In this document: one piece after another, positions 58,901-64,000 of the stretch
How the letters are laid out: every line of letters begins with the position of its first letter
Numbering within the stretch: the stretch's first letter is position 1
Origin: Squalus acanthias
Lineage: Eukaryota
Reading direction: 5' to 3'
DNA: 64,000 bases
Assembly: GCA_030390025.1 (NCBI GenBank)
Contig: JASTWF010000361.1
Coordinates: 1 to 64,000 of the forward strand
Program-made: the position numbers and the translations under genes
Notes under the pieces: generated by a model
Seen by the model: only the letters and a program-made list of their open reading frames with translations
What the model was told of the DNA's origin: nothing
Databases searched by the model: none

Positions 58901-61900
58901 TTTGTTGGGTGTGTAAAGTGTGCAGTGGGGTGTGTGTGAGGTTGTTGGGTGTGTACAGTGAGCTGTGGGGTGTGTGTGAGGTTTTTGGGTGTGTACAGTG
59001 TGCGGTGGGGTGTGTGTGAGGTTGTTGTGTGTGTACAGTGAGCTGTGGGGTGTGTGTGAGGTTGTTGGGTGTGTACAGTGTGCTGTGGGGTTTGTGTGAG
59101 GTTGTTGGGTGTGTACAGTGTGCTGTGGGCTGTGTGTGACGTTGTTGGGTGAGTCCAGTGAGCTGTGGGGTGTGTGTGAAGTTGTTGGGTGTGTACAGTG
59201 AGCTGTGAGGTCTCTGTGTGAGGTTGTTGGGAGTGTACAGTGAGCTGTGGGGTGTGTGTGAGGTTGTTGGGTGTGTACAGTGAGCTGTGGTGTGTGTGAG
59301 GTTGTTGGGTGTGTGCAGTGAGCTGTGGGGTGTGTGTGAGGTTGTTGGGTCTGTACAGTGAGCTGTGGGATGTGAGTGAGGTTGTTGGGTGTGTACAGTG
59401 AGCTGTGGGGTGTGTGTGAGGTTGTTGGGTGTGCACAGTGAGCTGTGGGGTGTGTGAGGTTGTTGGGTGTGTGCAGTGAGCTGTGAGCTGTGTGTCAGGT
59501 TGTTGGGTGTGTACAGTGAGCTGTGGGGTGTGAGTGAGGTTGTTGGGTGTGTACAGTGAGCTTTGGTGTGTGTGTGAGGTTGTTGGGTGTGTACAGTGAG
59601 CTGTGGGGTGTGTGAGGTTGTTGTGTGTGTACAGTGAGCTGTGGGGTGTGTGTGAGGTTGTTGGGTGTGTACAGTGAGCTGTGGGGTGTGTTTGAGGTTG
59701 ATGGGTGTGTACAGTGAGCTGTGGGGTGTGTGTGAGGTTGTTGGGTGTGTACAGTGAGCTGTGGGGTGTGTGTGAGGTTGTTGGGTGTGTACAGTGAGCT
59801 GTGGGGTGTGTTTGAGGTTGTTGGGTGTGTACAGTGAGCTGTGGGGTGTGTCTGACGTTGTTGGGAATGTGCAGTGAGCTGTGGGGTGTGTGTGAGGTTG
59901 TTGGGTGTGTACAGTGAGCTGTGGGGTGTGTGTGAGGTTGTTGGGTGTGTACAGTGAGCTGCGCGGTGTGTGTGTGATGTTGTTGGGCGTGTACAGTGAG
60001 CTGTGGGTTGTGTGTGTGATTGTTGGGTGTGTACAGTGAGCTGTGGGGTGTGTGTGAAGTTGTTGGGTGTGTACAGTGAGCTGTGGGGTGTGTGTGAGGT
60101 TACTGGGTGTGTACAGTGAGCTGTGGGGTGTGTGTGAGGTTGTTGGGTGTGTACAGTGAGCTGTGGGGTGTGTGTGAAGTTGTTGGGTGTGTACAGTGAG
60201 CTGTGGGGTGTGTTATGTGGTTGGGTGTGTACAGAGCGCTGTGGGGTGTGTGAGGTTATTGGGTGTGTACAGTGAGCTGTGGGGTGTGTGTGAGGTTGTT
60301 GGGTGTGTACAGTGAGCTGTGGGGTGTGTGAGGTTGTTGGGTGTGTACAGTGAGCTGTGGGGAGTGTGTGAGGTTCTTGGGTGTGTACAGTGAGCTGTGG
60401 GTTTTCTGTGTGAGGTTGTTGGGAGTGTACAGTGAGCTGTGGGGTGTGTGTGAGTTTGTTGGGTGTGTACAGTGAGCTGTGGGGTGTGTGTGAGTTTGTT
60501 GGGTGTGTACAGTGAGCTGTGGGGTGTGTTATGTTGTTGGGTGTGTACAGTGAGCTGTGGGGTATGTGTGAGGTTATTGAGTGTGTACAGTGAGCTGTGG
60601 GGTGTGTGTGAGGTAGTTGGGTGTGTACAGTGAGCTGTGGGGTGTGTGTGAGGTTCTTGGGTGTGTACAGTGAGCTCTGGGGTGTGTGTGAGGTTGTTGG
60701 GTGTGTACAGTGAGCTTTGGTGTGTGTGTGAGGTTGTTGGGTGTGTACAGTGAGCTGTGGGGTGTGTGTGAGGTTGTTGGGTGTGTTCAGTGAGCTGTGG
60801 GGTGTGTGTGAGGTTGTTGGGTGCGTACAGTGAGCTGTGGGGTGTGTGTGAGGTTTTTGGGTGTGTACAGTGTGCGGTGGGGTGTGTGTGAGGTTGTTGG
60901 GTGTGTACAGTGAGCTGTGGGTGTGTGTGAGGTTGTTGGGTGTGTACAGTGAGCTGTCGGGTGTGTGTGAGTTTGTTGGGTGTGTACAGTGTGCGGTGGG
61001 GTGTGTGTGAGGTTGTTGGGTGTGTACAGTGAGCTGTGGGGTGTGTGTGAGGTTTTTGGGTGTGTACAGTGTGCGGTGGGGTGTGTGTGAGGTTGTTGTG
61101 TGTGTACAGTGAGCTGTGGGGTGTGTGTGAGGTTGTTGGGTGTGTACAGTGAGCTGTGGGGTGTGTGTGAGGTTGTTGGATGTGTACAGTGAGCTGTGGG
61201 GTGTGTGTGAGGTTATTGGGTGTGTACAGTGTGCTGTGGGGTTTGTGTGAGGTTGTTGGGTGTGTACAGTGTGCTGTGGGCTGTGTGTGAGGTTGTTGGG
61301 TGTGTCCAGTGAGCTGTGGGGTGTGTGTGAAGTTGTTGGGTGTGTACAGTGAGCTGTGGGCTTTGTGTGCGGTTGTTGGGTGTGCACAGTGAGCTGTGGG
61401 ATGTGTGTGTGATGTTGTTGGGTGTGTACAGTGAGCTGTGGGGTGTGTGTGTGAGGTTGTTGGGTGTGTACAGTGAGCCGTGGGCTGTGTGTGAGGTTGT
61501 TGGGTGTGTACAGTGAGCTGTGGGGTGTGTGTGAGGTTGTTGGGTGTGTACAGTGAGCTGTGGGGTGTGTGTGAGGTTGTTGGGTGTGTCCAGTGAGCTG
61601 TGGGCTTTGTGTGCGGTTGTTGGGTGTGTACAGTGAGCTGTGGGATGTGTGTGTGATGTTGTTGGGTGTGTACAGTGAGCTGTGGGGTGTGTGTGAGGTT
61701 GTTCGTGTGCACAGTGAGCTGTGGGATGTGTGTGTGAGGTTGTTGGGTGTGTACAGTGAGCTGTGGGGTGTGTGTCAGGTTGTTGGGTGTGTACAGTGAG
61801 CTGTGGGGTGTGTGTGATGTTGTTGGGTGTGTACAGTGAGCTGTGGGACGTGTGTGTGGTTGTCGGGCGTGTACAGTGAGCTGTGGGGTGTGTGTGAGGT

Positions 61901-64000
61901 TGTTGGGTGTGTACAGTGAGCTGTGGGGTGTGTGATGTTGGGTGTGTACAGTGAGCTGTGGGGTGTGTGTGAGGTTGTTGGGTGTGCACAGTGAGCTGTG
62001 GGATTTGTGTGTGAGGTTGTTGGGTGTGTACAGTGAGCTGTGGGATGTGTGTGAGGTTGTTGGGTGTGTACAGTGAGCTGTGGGATGTGTGTGAGGTTGT
62101 TGGGTGTGTACAGTGAGCTGTGGGTTGTGTGTCAGGTTGTTAGGTGTGTCCAGTGAGCTGTGGTGTGTGTGTGAGTATGTTGGGCGTCTACAGTGAGCTG
62201 TGGGGTGTGTGTGAGGTTCTTGGGTGTGTACAGTGAGCTGTGGGGTGTGTGTGAGGATGTTGGGTGTGTACTGTGAGCTGTGGTGTGTGTGTGAGGTTGT
62301 TGGGTGAGTTCAGTGAGCTGTGGGGTGTGTGTGAGGTTGTTGGGTGTGTACAGTGAGCTGTCGGGGGTGTGTGAGGTTGTTGGGTGTGTACAGTGAGCTG
62401 TGGGGTGTGTGTGAGGTTGTTGGGTGTGTGCAGTGAGCTGTGGGGTGTGTGTGAGGTTGTTGGGTGTGTACAGTGAGCTGTGGGGTGTGTGTGAGGTTAT
62501 TGGGTGTGTACAGTGAGCTGTGGGGTGTGTGTGTGAGGTTGTTGTGTGTGTTCAGTGAGCTGTGGGTTGTGTGTGTGAGGTTGTTGTGTGTGTTCAGTGA
62601 GCTGTGGGGTGTGTGTGAGGTTGTTGTTTGTGTGTACAGTGAGCTGTGGTGTTTCTGTGTGAGGTTGTTGGGTGTGTACAGTGAGCTGTGGAGTGTGTGA
62701 GTCTGCTGTGTGTGTTCAGTGAGCGTTGGGGTGTGTGTGAGGTTGTTGTGTGTGTGTACGGTGAGCTGTGGGGTGTGTGTGGAGTTGTTAGGTGTGTACA
62801 GTGAGCTGTGGGGTGTGTGTGAGGTTGTTGGGTGTGTACAGTGAGCTGTGGGGTTTCTGTGTGTGGTTGTTGGGTGTGTACAGTGACCTGTGGGGTGTGT
62901 GTGAGGTTGTTGGGTGTGTACAGTGAGCTGTGGGGTTTCTGTTTGTGGCTGTTGGGTGTGTACAGTGACCTGTGCCGTGTCTGTGAGGTTGTTGTGTGTG
63001 TACAGTGAGCCGTGGGCTGTGTGTGAGGTTGTTGGGTGTGTACAGTGAGCTGTGGGGTGTGTGTGAGGTTGTTGGGTGTGTACAGTGAGCTGTGGGGTGT
63101 GTGTGAGGTTGTTGGGTGTGTCCAGTGAGCTGTGGGCTTTGTGTGCGGTTGTTGGGTGTGTACAGTGAGCTGTGGGATGTGTGTGTGATGTTGTTGGGTG
63201 TGTACAGTGAGCTGTGGGACGTGTGTGAGGTTGTCGGGCGTGTACAGTGAGCTGTGGGGTGTGTGTGAGGTTGTTGGGTGTGTACAGTGAGCTGTGGGGT
63301 GTGTGATGTTGGGTGTGTACAGTGAGCTGTGGGGTGTGTGTGAGGTTGTTGGGTGTGCACAGTGAGCTGTGGGATTTGTGTGTGAGGTTGTTGGGTGTGT
63401 ACAGTGAGCTGTGGGATGTGTGTGAGGTTGTTGGGTGTGTACAGTGAGCTGTGGGATGTGTGTGAGGTTGTTGGGTGTGTACAGTGAGCTGTGGGTTGTG
63501 TGTCAGGTTGTTAGGTGTGTCCAGTGAGCTGTGGTGTGTGTGTGAGTATGTTGGGCGTCTACAGTGAGCTGTGGGGTGTGTGTGAGGTTCTTGGGTGTGT
63601 ACAGTGAGCTGTGGGGTGTGTGTGAGGATGTTGGGTGTGTACTGTGAGCTGTGGTGTGTGTGTGAGGTTGTTGGGTGAGTTCAGTGAGCTGTGGGGTGTG
63701 TGTGAGGTTGTTGGGTGTGTACAGTGAGCTGTCGGGGGTGTGTGAGTTTGTTGGGTGTGTACAGTGTGCGGTGGGGTGTGTGTGAGGTTGTTGGGTGTGT
63801 ACAGTGAGCTGTGGGGTGTGTGTGAGGTTTTTGGGTGTGTACAGTGTGCGTTGGGGTGTGTGTGAGGTTGTTGGGTGTGTACAGTGAGCTGTGGGGTGTG
63901 TGTGAGGTTGTTGGGTGTGTGCAGTGAGCTGTGGGGTGTGTGTGAGGTTGTTGGGTGTGTACAGTGAGCTGTGGGGTGTGTGTGAGGTTATTGGGTGTGT
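52975..64000. repeat. 40-bp GT-rich tandem satellite with kb-scale higher-order duplications
   Basis: Unit TGTGTGTGAGGTTGTTGGGTGTGTACAGTGAGCTGTGGGG (38-42 bp variants) runs to the window end. Confidence 0.98.

Noticed and set aside
52956..63360. Long His/Thr/Pro-rich ORFs (up to 630 aa) on the minus strand
   Set aside because: Translations of the 40-bp satellite, whose C/A-rich strand is almost stop-free.

Overview
Eukaryotic, gene-free repeat window. The CR1 and Penelope-derived repeats suggest a cartilaginous fish, which is an inference. Left to right: (1) a 37-bp GT-rich satellite (1-23818). (2) A C-rich junction ending in a Harbinger-like terminus. (3) A (CCCTAA)n telomeric array that degenerates rightwards (24488-44222). 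(4) Inserted in that array, a young 13.35-kb LTR element (30066-43419; 4-bp TSD ACAC; ~1.6-kb LTRs; tRNA-Arg PBS). It carries an intact gag with late domains and a CCHC knuckle, no pol, an in-frame Gag-paralogous ORF behind a UGA-CUG stop, and an env with an Ig-like domain and a class-I fusion (F-like) module broken by one nonsense codon. (5) A full-length two-gene PIF/Harbinger transposon nested between gag and env. (6) A minus-strand CR1 LINE (44223-52972) with nested insertions: a second CR1, a Penelope-derived foldback with hammerhead motifs, a solo LTR related to the provirus, a TA-flanked MITE and another LTR-like insertion. (7) A 40-bp GT-rich satellite to the window end. The most interesting object is the pol-less gag+env, lokiretrovirus-like provirus sitting in an internalised telomere.
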